Shown: positions 29,832 through 39,976, numbered from the stretch's first letter. The stretch is DNA of 61,953 nucleotides from Chloroflexota bacterium (GCA_046485205.1 JAWOHK010000057.1:1-61953), one strand, 5' to 3'. Translations and numbers: made by a program. The notes: generated from the sequence alone by a model not told the origin.

Positions 29832-30698
29832 TCAACCGCGCAATACCGGCCGCGTCAGGCAGGTCGCGCCGCCCTCAGCTTTCAACGACATTTCATCGCC
29901 GCGATAAGGCGTCACCCGGCAGCCGGCCGCTTCCAAGGCGCGAGTCGTCTGGATGTTGTGATCCAGCAGGATACACTGTCGCGGAGCGATCGCCAGCACG
30001 TTGGTTCCCATCGTGGCGAACTCCTCGTCAGGGACATCGATCAACTCGATCCCGCGCGAGAGAAGGAGCTGGTAGAATGGTACCGGCAACAACGGCAAGT
30101 AAACGACCGCCAGATCGTTATCCACCAGGCTGATGAGCGACATCAGGTGCAGGCAGGCCTGGGGCCCTTCAAAAAAGGGCAATTGCACCGGCACGAGCCG
30201 CACACCTGAACCGTCAAAGGCTTCCTCTAGTTGGGCATATCCCGCGGCGTTGGTGCGAAAACCCAGCCCGACGCATAGCGTTCGCTCGTCCAGCCACAAG
30301 AGATCGCCACCCTCGGCCAGCGCCTCGCCGTGCAACTGGTAGCGTATCGGCACATCCAGCCGGGTCAGGGTTTCGGCTATGGCGGCTTCCTCTCCCCGGC
30401 GCAGCGCCTTACCCATCCGCAGGATGATCGCCCCCCGGTCGGTGATGAGGGCCGGATCGTGAACGAAGATGGCATCAGCATGGCCGTCCAGCGGCGCGTC
30501 ATGATAAATGACTTCGATCCCGTGGCCCAGCAAGGTATTGACGAGGGCGTCATGTTCTTCCTGGGCCAGTGGCAAGTATGGCTGATCGCTATAGTGCCAA
30601 AGCGCGGGATCGGCCTCGCCGAAGGCCGCGTCCGGCCGCCGCACCAGCACCGACTGCAACGGCGCGACCATACTCTGAGCGCCAAACGATTGGGTCAT
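29832..30698 (-). CDS. Amidinotransferase/dimethylarginine dimethylaminohydrolase family
   Basis: FVHDP, RRGE, EGGD, RTN..G, LHL, GGATCLT catalytic Cys motif. Confidence 0.88.
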   Translation of the reverse strand: MTQSFGAQSMVAPLQSVLVRRPDAAFGEADPALWHYSDQPYLPLAQEEHDALVNTLLGHGIEVIYHDAPLDGHADAIFVHDPALITDRGAIILRMGKALRRGEEAAIAETLTRLDVPIRYQLHGEALAEGGDLLWLDERTLCVGLGFRTNAAGYAQLEEAFDGSGVRLVPVQLPFFEGPQACLHLMSLISLVDNDLAVVYLPLLPVPFYQLLLSRGIELIDVPDEEFATMGTNVLAIAPRQCILLDHNIQTTRALEAAGCRVTPYRGDEMSLKAEGGATCLTRPVLRG

Positions 30699-30744
30699 GA
30701 TATCTCCTTATGGAAGGTAAGCATTTGTATGGCTCAGGTTGCCC

Positions 30745-31401
30745 TTACGAGGCGAAGGAACGCTGCAGAAAGTCCAGGGTTCTTTCCCACGTCAGGTTTT
30801 CGGCCGTCTGGTTGTAGGCCTCCGGCCGGTCAGGTTCGCAGAACCAGTGCCCGGTGCCGCTGTAACGATAGAAAGTCACCGGCCGGCCGCTACCAGCCAG
30901 AGATTCCTCCAGCGCGTCGACATTGGATAGGGGCTCGAACTCGTCTTCCTCGGCAAAGTGACCGAGATAGGCGGCTCTTGATTGGCTGTAGTCACCGTCA
31001 CCCGTACCATAATAGATGACGACCGAGTGGATGAGTTCGGGTTCGGCCGCGGCAAGGTCTAGGGCATAGTAGACCCCCAGGGAAAAGGCGATCACGGCAA
31101 TGCCGGGGCTGTTTTCTCCATAACGTTCGTTTAGAAATCTGGCTGCGTCCGCGATCTCGGCCTTGGCTTGGAGGTAACTATCGTCGAGCGTCTGGCCAAG
31201 GGCCTCAGCACCGGGGATGGTGTCCGCGACCTGGCCATGATAGAGGTCCGGGGCGAAAGCGACGAATCCCGCTTCGGCCAGTCGCGAGCAGAAAGCCTTC
31301 ATCGTGTCGTTCAATCCCCACCAAGCGTGAAGGACCAACACAGGATGGCCGTTTCCGGATTCGGGAAGGGCAATATAGCCGTCGGGTTTGGCTTGAGTCA
31401 T
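30745..31401 (-). CDS. Dienelactone hydrolase family protein
   Basis: VLVLHAWWGLN, FAPDLYHG, AFSLG nucleophile elbow, GHWF; AAGGAG RBS before MTQ. Confidence 0.88.
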   Translation of the reverse strand: MTQAKPDGYIALPESGNGHPVLVLHAWWGLNDTMKAFCSRLAEAGFVAFAPDLYHGQVADTIPGAEALGQTLDDSYLQAKAEIADAARFLNERYGENSPGIAVIAFSLGVYYALDLAAAEPELIHSVVIYYGTGDGDYSQSRAAYLGHFAEEDEFEPLSNVDALEESLAGSGRPVTFYRYSGTGHWFCEPDRPEAYNQTAENLTWERTLDFLQRSFAS

Positions 31402-31541
31402 GTGCATCTCCTTTTTTGGTTCTAATGTATTGTGATTCTGAGTCCTGACAATAGCAGGACGAGATTGGAAGCGTGATGATACCAGGTTTCGGCTGAGAAC
31501 TGCGATTTCGAAGCCCTGAAGTTCGTCACGGAGCCTGATCA

Positions 31542-32201
31542 CTACAAATATGTCACATGGCGCGACGACCGCAAGATCGCCGCCTGCCACCGGGTCAGGT
31601 GTTCGCCCGGGTCTTTGGGCATCATCAGGTTCCTTATGTCGTCCGTATGCCACAAACCACAAGTGTGGGAGACCTCGTGGACTAATAAGCGACGGGTGTT
31701 TCTCAAGTTCTTGGCTTCTACGACGACGTAATCGGTCAACACCCCCAGGGAGCAACCGTTGTGGGTCGAGATTGAGCGAACGATGAACACCGTGACCGGC
31801 GCGCCGTAGCCGGTGACCGTGCCGAAGGGCGTTTTGGCCATCAGGCTGCGGAAGAAAGTCCCAGCTTCACCCAGATCATCCTGCCAGGCGCCGTCCGTGC
31901 AATGAACGTCGAGCGCCGCCGGGGACGCGGCATGGGGCGCTGTGACCACTTGCCAGCCGGCCGGTTCGACGATGACTCGCGCGCTACGGGCTAGAACCCG
32001 GCGTGCTTCTTCATAAGCCGGCAGAACTTCTTCATTGCCGGTCACGGGCAGTCCCCGCTCGTCGCGCAGGATGACGATTCGCAGGCGCACCTTTTTGTCC
32101 GGTAAGACCCCAGCCAGCGCCAACAAGAAATCCGGCAATTTGATCAGCCGGTTCACCAATTCCTTGAGGACATTGAAAGTTTGCCAGAAAAGACCGCCCA
32201 T
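31542..32201 (-). CDS. Putative metzincin-like zinc metalloprotease
   Basis: HEVSHTCGLWH (HExxHxxGxxH) followed by an NLM Met-turn. Confidence 0.68.
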   Translation of the reverse strand: MGGLFWQTFNVLKELVNRLIKLPDFLLALAGVLPDKKVRLRIVILRDERGLPVTGNEEVLPAYEEARRVLARSARVIVEPAGWQVVTAPHAASPAALDVHCTDGAWQDDLGEAGTFFRSLMAKTPFGTVTGYGAPVTVFIVRSISTHNGCSLGVLTDYVVVEAKNLRNTRRLLVHEVSHTCGLWHTDDIRNLMMPKDPGEHLTRWQAAILRSSRHVTYL

Positions 32202-32370
32202 AACCCTATTCTAACCGATATTCCTGCACTTAACTGTTGATTATAGAATTAATCCGTCGTATGCTGAAAAAAAGCGGGAAAAGTCTGAGCCCGGGGGACT
32301 GGAGGTTGCCGGGTTAGCCCGCTGGTGGTATGAATGGCCTATGGAACTATCGGCTGACGGCGACAAAAAA

Positions 32371-33015
32371 ATGGACAAATTCGAAAAGGAACGCGAACGA
32401 ATGGTCACGCGTCAGATCGCCAGCCGAGGGGTGACCGACCAGGCCGTCCTGGACGCCATGTGGGTCGTCCCGCGCGAAGTATTCGTCCCCAAAGCTTACC
32501 GGGATTACGCTTACGATGACGCGCCCCTTCCCATTCCGGACAATCAGACCATTTCCCAACCGTATGTGGTGGCCTACATGATCGCCATGTTGGAATTGAA
32601 ATCTACCGACCGCGTCCTGGAGATCGGTACCGGCTCCGGATATGCCGCTGCCATCCTGAGTCGGATTGTCAGCGAGGTCTACACCGTCGAACGCCACCGT
32701 CGGCTGGCCGACTATGCCCGGGAACGGTTGGCTGAGGTAGGTTACGAGAATGTCCATGTACTTCACGACGACGGCACCCACGGCTGGCCGGAGCACGCTC
32801 CCTACGATGGCATCATCGTCGCCGCCGGCGGGCCTTCGATTCCGGTCACCTTGCAGAAACAACTGGCCGTTGGCGGTCGTCTCATCATGCCCGTCGGTCG
32901 CCGGCGACACCATCAAAATCTGGTCCTCCTGACGCGAGTCGATGAAGATGTGTTTACTGATGAAAAGCTGGCCCCCGTCGCCTTTGTGCCACTCATCGGC
33001 GATGAAGGGTGGTGA
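32371..33015 (+). CDS. pcm: Protein-L-isoaspartate O-methyltransferase
   Basis: QTISQPYVVA, VLEIGTGSGY, GWPEHAPYDGI, FVPLIG. Confidence 0.95.
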   Translation: MDKFEKERERMVTRQIASRGVTDQAVLDAMWVVPREVFVPKAYRDYAYDDAPLPIPDNQTISQPYVVAYMIAMLELKSTDRVLEIGTGSGYAAAILSRIVSEVYTVERHRRLADYARERLAEVGYENVHVLHDDGTHGWPEHAPYDGIIVAAGGPSIPVTLQKQLAVGGRLIMPVGRRRHHQNLVLLTRVDEDVFTDEKLAPVAFVPLIGDEGW

Positions 33016-33076
33016 GAGCGGTGTGGCGCCCTGCTCCTTGAAGAACCGGCAAACTCCGCGAACGTGGTGGTGGCTC

Positions 33077-33745
33077 TCAGCCAAAAGGCCAGAAGCTTAA
33101 GATCAGGATGGCCGCGGCCGTCACCGTCAGATTATCCAGCCCCCATATCGACACTGCCTCAATCAACGTCGTCACCAGCATAATGACCAAAGCTGGGAGA
33201 AAGGCCGCCTCCGGGCTGATCTCCGGTGTACCGGGCATCATCCACAGGGCCAGCCAAGTGAAGATAAACCCCGCGATGAAGAACCCGGCCGAGCCCTCAA
33301 GCGTGCGGGTACTGGTGTGGATCCGGTAGAAACGGCGCCCATAGGCGGCGCCGATCACCGGCGCCAGCCCGTCGCCCCAGGTCAGCGGCATGAGGGCGGC
33401 TACCATCAACGGCGGTTGTTCCCAGAACACGATCGCGACGACGGCCGCCGCCAATGGAAAATAAACCGTGCCCAGATTGTTGCGGTGGCTGCTTTGCATG
33501 GCCGAAAAAAATCCGTATCGCCAATCCAGCAGGTTGATGATCATGAAAGCCACGCAGGCAAAAACAAACGGCCAGGGACTGGAAAAGAGAAACGGCAAAA
33601 ACCAGCTCATCATGCCCACGCCGATGTGGATTACCTTGCGCGTAAAGCTGGAACCATAGCCACGCCGACGGCGCAAGCCTTCGGCCAGGCCGATGATGGA
33701 AAATACATAGGCAAAACAGATGATGAGGCCAAGGGTGTTAGTCAT
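33077..33745 (-). CDS. Phytol/dolichol kinase-like CTP-dependent polyprenol kinase (membrane)
   Basis: TRKVIHIG, LGTVYFP, WGDGLA..IG..YG, RTLEGS, GLDNL. Confidence 0.8.
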   Translation of the reverse strand: MTNTLGLIICFAYVFSIIGLAEGLRRRRGYGSSFTRKVIHIGVGMMSWFLPFLFSSPWPFVFACVAFMIINLLDWRYGFFSAMQSSHRNNLGTVYFPLAAAVVAIVFWEQPPLMVAALMPLTWGDGLAPVIGAAYGRRFYRIHTSTRTLEGSAGFFIAGFIFTWLALWMMPGTPEISPEAAFLPALVIMLVTTLIEAVSIWGLDNLTVTAAAILILSFWPFG

Positions 33746-33838
33746 GGGGTTGTCAGTCGTCAGTGGGGAGTCGCCGGGAGTCAGTTTTTAGTGTTCAGTC
33801 AGGCAGTCAGGGATCAACAAACGGTTCGTCATTTGTAA

Positions 33839-34768
33839 TCAGACAATCAGGTGATCATACAGCATGTCCAGGCTCAAATCGGGCACCACCGTCTCCGGGG
33901 TTTGGAGGGTTAGCGCCGCCGCCGCCGCCCCCAGGCGAATCGCATTGACCACTGGGAGATCATTCAGGATACCGAATATGATGGCCGCCGTGACTGAATC
34001 TCCCGTGCCGGTGCTGTCGACCATCGAGGTATGTGACGGTGGAATGTAGCCGATCTCATCGGCCGTCGCGTAATCGAGGCCGAAGTCGGAGAGCGTCACC
34101 ACTACATTCGTCACCCCGGCCGAATTCAACCGCCGGGCCAGCACCAGGCTGGTATCGGGGTCATAGCCGCCATAATCGACCTCGCATAGTTCTGCCTCCT
34201 CCACCTCATTGGGCACGACCAGATGCAAATCGGCCAGGTAGGGTCGCAACTTGTAAGCCACTCGGGCTGAGGATGGGTCGGCGACCAGGGGAACCTTATG
34301 GCGACGGGCCAGTTCAACGATAGTCTCGATGGCTTTATCGGTTAGACTGCCGTCGAACATGACAATCGCCGCCTCGCTGAATAACGATTCATGCTGCCTC
34401 AAAAAGCCCGGGGTTATCGTTTGCATCACCCGGACATCGTCGAGGGCTACCGACAGCAAGCCGTTATCTTCCATTAGGGCGATGTAAGACCCGGTGTTGT
34501 GGTCTGGCAACATCAAAACATAATCAAGGTTGACGCCCGACTCGGCCGTCTGGATCAGCAGTTGCCGGCCGGTCGGGTCGTCACCGACGGCCGAGATGAG
34601 CACTACATCGGCGCCTAATCGGGCCAGATTTTCGGCGACGTTCCGCGCCGTCCCGCCGCGCATCGACCGGATTACGGCCGGGTTGGACATGCCCGGTGCC
34701 AGTCCGGCGATTGGCTTGCCCTTCGTGTCCAGTAACGTTGCCCCAATAACCAGAACGTGTCCATCCAT
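33839..34768 (-). CDS. PfkB family carbohydrate kinase (pseudouridine-kinase-like)
   Basis: GGTARNVAENLARLG, SAVGDD, PNEVE, DSTGTGD; GGAGG RBS. Confidence 0.88.
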   Translation of the reverse strand: MDGHVLVIGATLLDTKGKPIAGLAPGMSNPAVIRSMRGGTARNVAENLARLGADVVLISAVGDDPTGRQLLIQTAESGVNLDYVLMLPDHNTGSYIALMEDNGLLSVALDDVRVMQTITPGFLRQHESLFSEAAIVMFDGSLTDKAIETIVELARRHKVPLVADPSSARVAYKLRPYLADLHLVVPNEVEEAELCEVDYGGYDPDTSLVLARRLNSAGVTNVVVTLSDFGLDYATADEIGYIPPSHTSMVDSTGTGDSVTAAIIFGILNDLPVVNAIRLGAAAAALTLQTPETVVPDLSLDMLYDHLIV

Positions 34769-34795
34769 CGTCTCCTACCTCCCCGGCTGAATTCT

Positions 34796-35947
34796 CTACG
34801 AAGACTGACCGTTGATTCCGAACCAGAAGCCTTCTACCACCGCCACTACCAATACTTCTGCGCCGGCGACCTGCAGTGTCACTTCGTTCAGGTACAAGCC
34901 TGAATCACCGGCATCCAGTTCGCCGGCCTGACTTTGTTCGCGATAGCCAAGGTAACAAAATGGCACCGCGCTGCTGTGCGACACCGGCTGGACCAGGATA
35001 CTTCCTAAATCCCCCTGGCGGCTGCCAACGATTACGTATTCGCGTCCGCTCACCGGGTGCTCTTCCGGGTCGCGCTCACCCAGCACCCAAGTGCCGACCG
35101 CCACCTGGGGCAGAAAATCGCCGGACTTCTCAGCCACGATGTACCAGCCATAGCGATCATCGAGGACAATATGGCCCGGCACGGGACCGCGCAGCACGCC
35201 CGATTCTCCGCCGGGCAAATTGGAGATCGGCCGGGGTACGGGCGGTTGGTCGGCCGATCGTCCCGATCCCTCAAATGAACGGCCGGCGAACGTTTCAGCG
35301 GCCTTCGACACAAGAGGCGGGACTGAAAGGTAACCGCTCTTGGCCGCTTCCGGAACCTGTTCCTCCGGCCACATACTGTGGCGCAGCGTCTCCTGGGAAA
35401 TGGTCAGTAACGGCCGCAGGGCCGTGGCCAGCAGGTTAAACCGCTCTGCCTGCGGTCCGGAAGGTATCCGGTTTAGAAGGCGTTCGGCCCGGCTGAATTG
35501 CATCATGGCCGATTCGTTGTGATAGGCATGGTAAAGAGCCAGCCCTTGGGCATAGTGGGCCAGGCAAATCGCGGTCGAATCATTGGCCAGCGACCACGGC
35601 TGCCGCGCCAGGGCAAACTGGTTGGCAGCGGCGCGCGTGTCATTCCAGTAGAGATAAATCAGGCCGGCGTGGAATTCGCCCAGACCAACCTGGCCGTATT
35701 CGCCCCGGCCGCGCAGGATGCGTTGGGACTGTTCAATGGCCGAGAGCGCCGGTGCCCCCAACCCGGTCAATGGATAACGCCGGATGACATCTTCGACGGT
35801 GATGATATCCAGCGAGTTCGACTCCGGATAGAGAAGCGACAGCAACCGGGTGAGGATATCAACCGTCTGCCGCACCGAACTGATTTGTTCCGGCCCGGTA
35901 ACTTGCTGCCCGGATTCATCAATAGAGTGAGAGAATCTGACCACCAT
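34796..35947 (-). CDS. Hypothetical protein with a TPR-like helical N-terminus and a degenerate S24/LexA-like C-terminal beta domain
   Basis: Helical pairs (GLGEFHAGLIY...AANQFALA; CLAHYAQGLAL...AMMQFSRA) and a Pro-rich linker. YIV...SGDFLPQVAVGTWVL resembles the S24 V.GDSM.P.I..GD.VLV motif. Confidence 0.5.
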   Translation of the reverse strand: MVVRFSHSIDESGQQVTGPEQISSVRQTVDILTRLLSLLYPESNSLDIITVEDVIRRYPLTGLGAPALSAIEQSQRILRGRGEYGQVGLGEFHAGLIYLYWNDTRAAANQFALARQPWSLANDSTAICLAHYAQGLALYHAYHNESAMMQFSRAERLLNRIPSGPQAERFNLLATALRPLLTISQETLRHSMWPEEQVPEAAKSGYLSVPPLVSKAAETFAGRSFEGSGRSADQPPVPRPISNLPGGESGVLRGPVPGHIVLDDRYGWYIVAEKSGDFLPQVAVGTWVLGERDPEEHPVSGREYVIVGSRQGDLGSILVQPVSHSSAVPFCYLGYREQSQAGELDAGDSGLYLNEVTLQVAGAEVLVVAVVEGFWFGINGQSS

Positions 35948-35983
35948 CAGCCTTCATTGCCTGCCTGCCCGCGATCAACTCCC

Positions 35984-37378
35984 TTAGGGTGAGCCAGGGT
36001 TATCATCGGAGGCCGGAGGCGCGATTTGTTTCTCCAGCATTGCCAACCGTTCGGTTAGGCCATCGATCTGCTGCCGCAGGTCGCCGGACTCGCCGCTCGA
36101 TTGGTCCAGATCCTTGGATGAATAACCAACCATACGCCGCAGCGATTCCAGTAATCGTAACGCCAGCAAGTGGCCCGTCAGACGGCTGCCGGCCTCATTC
36201 TGGGCCCGCCTGACACCTTCGACGATGGCCTGGAGCATGGCGATTTCCGCTTGGGCGCGAACCTCCTCTGCTTCCTGCACCAGCTGAGCCGTGCCGTTGG
36301 CTCTGGCGATCATGTCACTTTTTTGCTGATTCGCCAGCCAATATTCCGTGAATTGCCGGCTAACCGATTCAGGGGGCGCGAGCCGGCCAATCCGCAACTG
36401 AAGGGGCTTGATCCCTTCCTTGACCAGCCTGTCCCACACCTCGGTGGTCACTGCCTGGGTCAGGTCCCGTTGAACCTCGCGGCGATTTTCATCGAAGATG
36501 AGCCTGTCCAGTGGCTCCCGGGCCACGTGCGCGGCCAGTACGCCTTTGACTTTGCCGATAGGACTGTCGACCCAGGAAGAAACCTTGCCGCTCGCCGCCA
36601 CCACGCCGGTATAAGCCGATCGGCGCACGGCTTCTTCGCTATATGGCAATGGTTCCAGGTGGGTCCGGTCTGTTCCGGGATCGATGTGGAACAAAATGGA
36701 GGCATCGGTGGTCAGAGGGATGCCGTCGTTGGAAATGAGGGGAATATCACGCGCGAATTGCTCGTTGGGCAACAGTTCGATGACCGCTACCGGGTACTCA
36801 AAGCGTCCCAGTTCGTGGACGCCGGGCGACAAAACGCGCCGGAAACGCGCGTTACGCTCCGTCACCGCGGCGTGGCCGTCGGGAACATTGACCAGCACCG
36901 GCCCGCCGACGCGCAACGAGACAGAGTTTTCGCGAAGCGCGGCCAGAGTCTGTGGTTTGATCTCCAGCGGAGCCTGCGCGCCGCTGGCCCGATTGCGGCG
37001 CTGTCGCTTGAGGAAATCACGGGCTGTTTTGCGATCGGGGCAATTATAAAACACCTGGACGAAACTGGTGGCCGCTTCCACCGCCAGCCACCAGCCGACA
37101 AAGACCGGGATCAAATGCCGCAAGACGCGGGGATTGAACATCTCCACCAGGGTCATGAGCCAGGGGGGGAAGGTGAGTGCAGCGATCTGGACCGGGGATA
37201 AATCATTGAAAAAAAACCAGGCCAGCAACGCCCGGCTGTCAATCCGCTCCAGGGCGGTCATATACAACCAGTAACCGATGAACAGCGCGATGAGAATGAC
37301 CAACACCCAATCGATGTGTGGCAGATGCCACCTGGATTGCCGGTTGGCGGTCGCTACCGGTTGCGCTTGCTCCGCCAT
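35984..37378 (-). CDS. SPFH/band-7 domain membrane protein (2)
   Basis: N-terminal TMs, GGP..V.V..GHAAV.E....F.RVL.PG, SNDGIPL, coiled C-terminus with AE..RAQAE. Confidence 0.75.
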   Translation of the reverse strand: MAEQAQPVATANRQSRWHLPHIDWVLVILIALFIGYWLYMTALERIDSRALLAWFFFNDLSPVQIAALTFPPWLMTLVEMFNPRVLRHLIPVFVGWWLAVEAATSFVQVFYNCPDRKTARDFLKRQRRNRASGAQAPLEIKPQTLAALRENSVSLRVGGPVLVNVPDGHAAVTERNARFRRVLSPGVHELGRFEYPVAVIELLPNEQFARDIPLISNDGIPLTTDASILFHIDPGTDRTHLEPLPYSEEAVRRSAYTGVVAASGKVSSWVDSPIGKVKGVLAAHVAREPLDRLIFDENRREVQRDLTQAVTTEVWDRLVKEGIKPLQLRIGRLAPPESVSRQFTEYWLANQQKSDMIARANGTAQLVQEAEEVRAQAEIAMLQAIVEGVRRAQNEAGSRLTGHLLALRLLESLRRMVGYSSKDLDQSSGESGDLRQQIDGLTERLAMLEKQIAPPASDDNPGSP

Positions 37379-37382
37379 CGCG

Positions 37383-38657
37383 CTATTCCTCGCTCCTTTC
37401 CATCACGGTCTGCATCTCGGATGTCGCTTCCTGAGCCAGGCTGGTCAACAGCGGCCGCGTCGCCATCGGGCCCAATGTTTTATCGGCCGATACCTTTTCC
37501 AACACTTCCATCAGCCGCGTCGTAACTACTTCAGATAATTCGGCTTGCCTCTGCTGGTGCATGGTGTCGATACTGATCAGCAAGTTCTCCATGTTCTCGA
37601 TTTGGGCGCGAGCGCGCGCTTGTTGAAAGACGCGATCCGACTCGATTTTGCCGGTGTGACGCTCTTGGGCCGCCCGATTCTGCCATTCAACCTGCCAGGT
37701 CTGCAACCGTTTCTCCAGGACTTCATCCGACAATTGCAGTGCCCCGACTCCTACGTTCTTGATTTCTATTCCCCGCGACAGGGATTGTTGCTCATCTGCG
37801 CCTTGTTGCCGTTCCAGCGCGTCTTTGATGCTTTGGCGGATCACTTCCAGAACATCCGTACCGGCCCCGAGCAGTAACTCATCCAGCGTATAGCCGCTCA
37901 ACTCACTGACCAACAGCGAGGCCGCCTGGGGCGCAACCTGATCCGTCCATTCCTGCCGATCGATATCGTTGGTCATGCCGCCGGTGTAGCTCAGATCAAA
38001 GATGGCTTCCGTACTGTAAGCATAGGGAATTTTCTTGGCTTCGGCTTCCCGGCCGGGACGTGGCGGCGTTGATGGGCGACGAACCTGAAACAGGACGGTC
38101 ACACTGGTCTCGACCGGAATCCCGTCCCGCGTGTTGGCGCTGACCGATTGCCGCCTGGCCTGGAGCCGCAAATCGAAAACCCGGCCAATCGATTCTCCCC
38201 GGTCGAGGAAGACCAAGCCCGGGCCGGTCGCCCGTGAATAACTGCGACCACGCATGACCGCCGCTGCCTGGTGGCTGGGCAAAAATCCCGCGCCCAGATA
38301 TTTAAAGCTGGGGGGTAGTTCGGTGATGGGCGCTTTCTTCTTCAACGCCAGGTCGTCCAGTGGGATTCGGTTTTGCCCGAAGAGGAAGTTGGTGATCCCC
38401 AGGAGGTAGTTGCGCAAGAGCAGGGAGAACCCCTCGGACCAGCCGATATTCCCCCGAAGGGGCAATAACCACCGGGATAGATAGACAATGCCCAGGATGA
38501 AGGTGACTAGCACGGCCCCACCCCAGATCACAGCACCAATCGGACCGTAGGCCACGCCTCTTGAATCTTGCAAAAGCAAGCCCACCCCGCTGAAAAACAA
38601 CAAAGCCAGCAGGAGAACACTCAGACCGGGAATGAATTGTCTTGATCGATTTTTCAT
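37383..38657 (-). CDS. SPFH/band-7 domain membrane protein (1)
   Basis: Two N-terminal TMs, GPGLVFL..GE, DLR.Q, TRDGIPV, GIEI..V.V, QARARAQ. Start chosen at MKNRS. Confidence 0.78.
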   Translation of the reverse strand: MKNRSRQFIPGLSVLLLALLFFSGVGLLLQDSRGVAYGPIGAVIWGGAVLVTFILGIVYLSRWLLPLRGNIGWSEGFSLLLRNYLLGITNFLFGQNRIPLDDLALKKKAPITELPPSFKYLGAGFLPSHQAAAVMRGRSYSRATGPGLVFLDRGESIGRVFDLRLQARRQSVSANTRDGIPVETSVTVLFQVRRPSTPPRPGREAEAKKIPYAYSTEAIFDLSYTGGMTNDIDRQEWTDQVAPQAASLLVSELSGYTLDELLLGAGTDVLEVIRQSIKDALERQQGADEQQSLSRGIEIKNVGVGALQLSDEVLEKRLQTWQVEWQNRAAQERHTGKIESDRVFQQARARAQIENMENLLISIDTMHQQRQAELSEVVTTRLMEVLEKVSADKTLGPMATRPLLTSLAQEATSEMQTVMERSEE

Positions 38658-38754
38658 GTGGTTTGCGCCGATCTGCGTTGCAACTATATCATACCGTATA
38701 GGGGTGGTAAAGCCGTAGGTGACTACCTTGGAAACATTATAATCGACAAATCGA

Positions 38755-39924
38755 ATGCATCTCGCCATAAACGCTTATTTCTGGAACCAGTCCCATACCG
38801 GCAGCGGTCAATATTCCCGGCAGCTTGTTTATCACCTGAACCGGATGGTGTCGGATCTTGACCTAACCCTGGTATTGCCTGAGTTGCCGGGCAGTGATGC
38901 GCCGGCAGGCGTGCCCCCTGGGGTGCGGGTCGAGCGGGTGCCGGTTCGGGCTGGCCATTTCGGCAAAGTCCTATTCGAGCAATATCTTTTTCCGGCCGCC
39001 TGCCGGCGCGTCGGCGCGACGGTGGCCCATGTGCCCTACTGGGGCGGGCCGTTGCGCTCGCCCGTGCCGCTGGTCATCACCATCCACGACCTGACAACGC
39101 TTCTGGTGCTGGACTATAATCGCGGCTGGCGAGCGCGGCTCTACAATGCCTTGGTGGGCGCCGCCGCGCAGGGCGCGGCCCACATCATCACGGATTCTTT
39201 CGCCAGCAAGCTGGACATCATCGACCATCTGGCCATCCCCGAGGAGTGCGTGACGGCAATTTACCTGGGCGTAGGCCCACAGTTCACCGCAGCCCAATCG
39301 GCCGGCAACAGCCTGGTCGACATGGCCGTCCTGCGCAAGTATAACTTACCGGATTTCTATATTTTGTACCTGGGCGGGTATGAATTGCACAAAAACATCC
39401 TCACCCTGCTGCATGCTTACACCTATGTAGCCCAGGCACTGGGCGAGGACTACCCCTTAATACTGGCCGGGAAAAAGCCCGAGCGCGCTTCGCCGAATTT
39501 CCCCGACTACGAGGATTATATTGAACGGTCAGGACTGGCGAAATTTGTGCGCTGGATCGGCTTTGTCGATGAGGAAGATAAGCCGGTTCTCTATCGGAAC
39601 GCCGAGGTGTTCGTTTTTCCCAGCCGCCACGAGGGTTTCGGCCTGCCTCCGCTGGAGGCAATGGCCTGTGGGACACCGGTGGTCGCCAGCACCAGCGGCT
39701 CGCTACCGGAGGTGGTCGGTCCAGCGGGCTTTGCCGTGGATCCCGACGACCCCCGCAACATGGCCGGGGCGATCATCGCCATCATCATGCAGGAACAACT
39801 CGCGGCCGAGCTGCGGCAAAAAGGGCCGGAGCAGGCCGCCAAATTCTCCTGGGAAACGATGGCCGCGGAAACACTGCTGGTCTATGATCGCGTGGCCGCA
39901 GGGGCTGAGAAGGGGGACTTATGA
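38755..39924 (+). CDS. GT4 (family 1) glycosyltransferase
   Basis: TGSGQY, VITIHDL, HKNI, FVFPSRHEGFGLPPLEAMACGTPVV, FSWE. Confidence 0.92.
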   Translation: MHLAINAYFWNQSHTGSGQYSRQLVYHLNRMVSDLDLTLVLPELPGSDAPAGVPPGVRVERVPVRAGHFGKVLFEQYLFPAACRRVGATVAHVPYWGGPLRSPVPLVITIHDLTTLLVLDYNRGWRARLYNALVGAAAQGAAHIITDSFASKLDIIDHLAIPEECVTAIYLGVGPQFTAAQSAGNSLVDMAVLRKYNLPDFYILYLGGYELHKNILTLLHAYTYVAQALGEDYPLILAGKKPERASPNFPDYEDYIERSGLAKFVRWIGFVDEEDKPVLYRNAEVFVFPSRHEGFGLPPLEAMACGTPVVASTSGSLPEVVGPAGFAVDPDDPRNMAGAIIAIIMQEQLAAELRQKGPEQAAKFSWETMAAETLLVYDRVAAGAEKGDL

Positions 39925-39976
39925 CAGATGCCGGGTCTCTACTTCCATGATTTTGAAATAACAAGAGCTACACGGA

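Noticed and set aside
30745-31755. 336-aa long form of the dienelactone hydrolase
   Set aside because: The extension overlaps the upstream gene in another frame, and a strong RBS supports the start at 31401.
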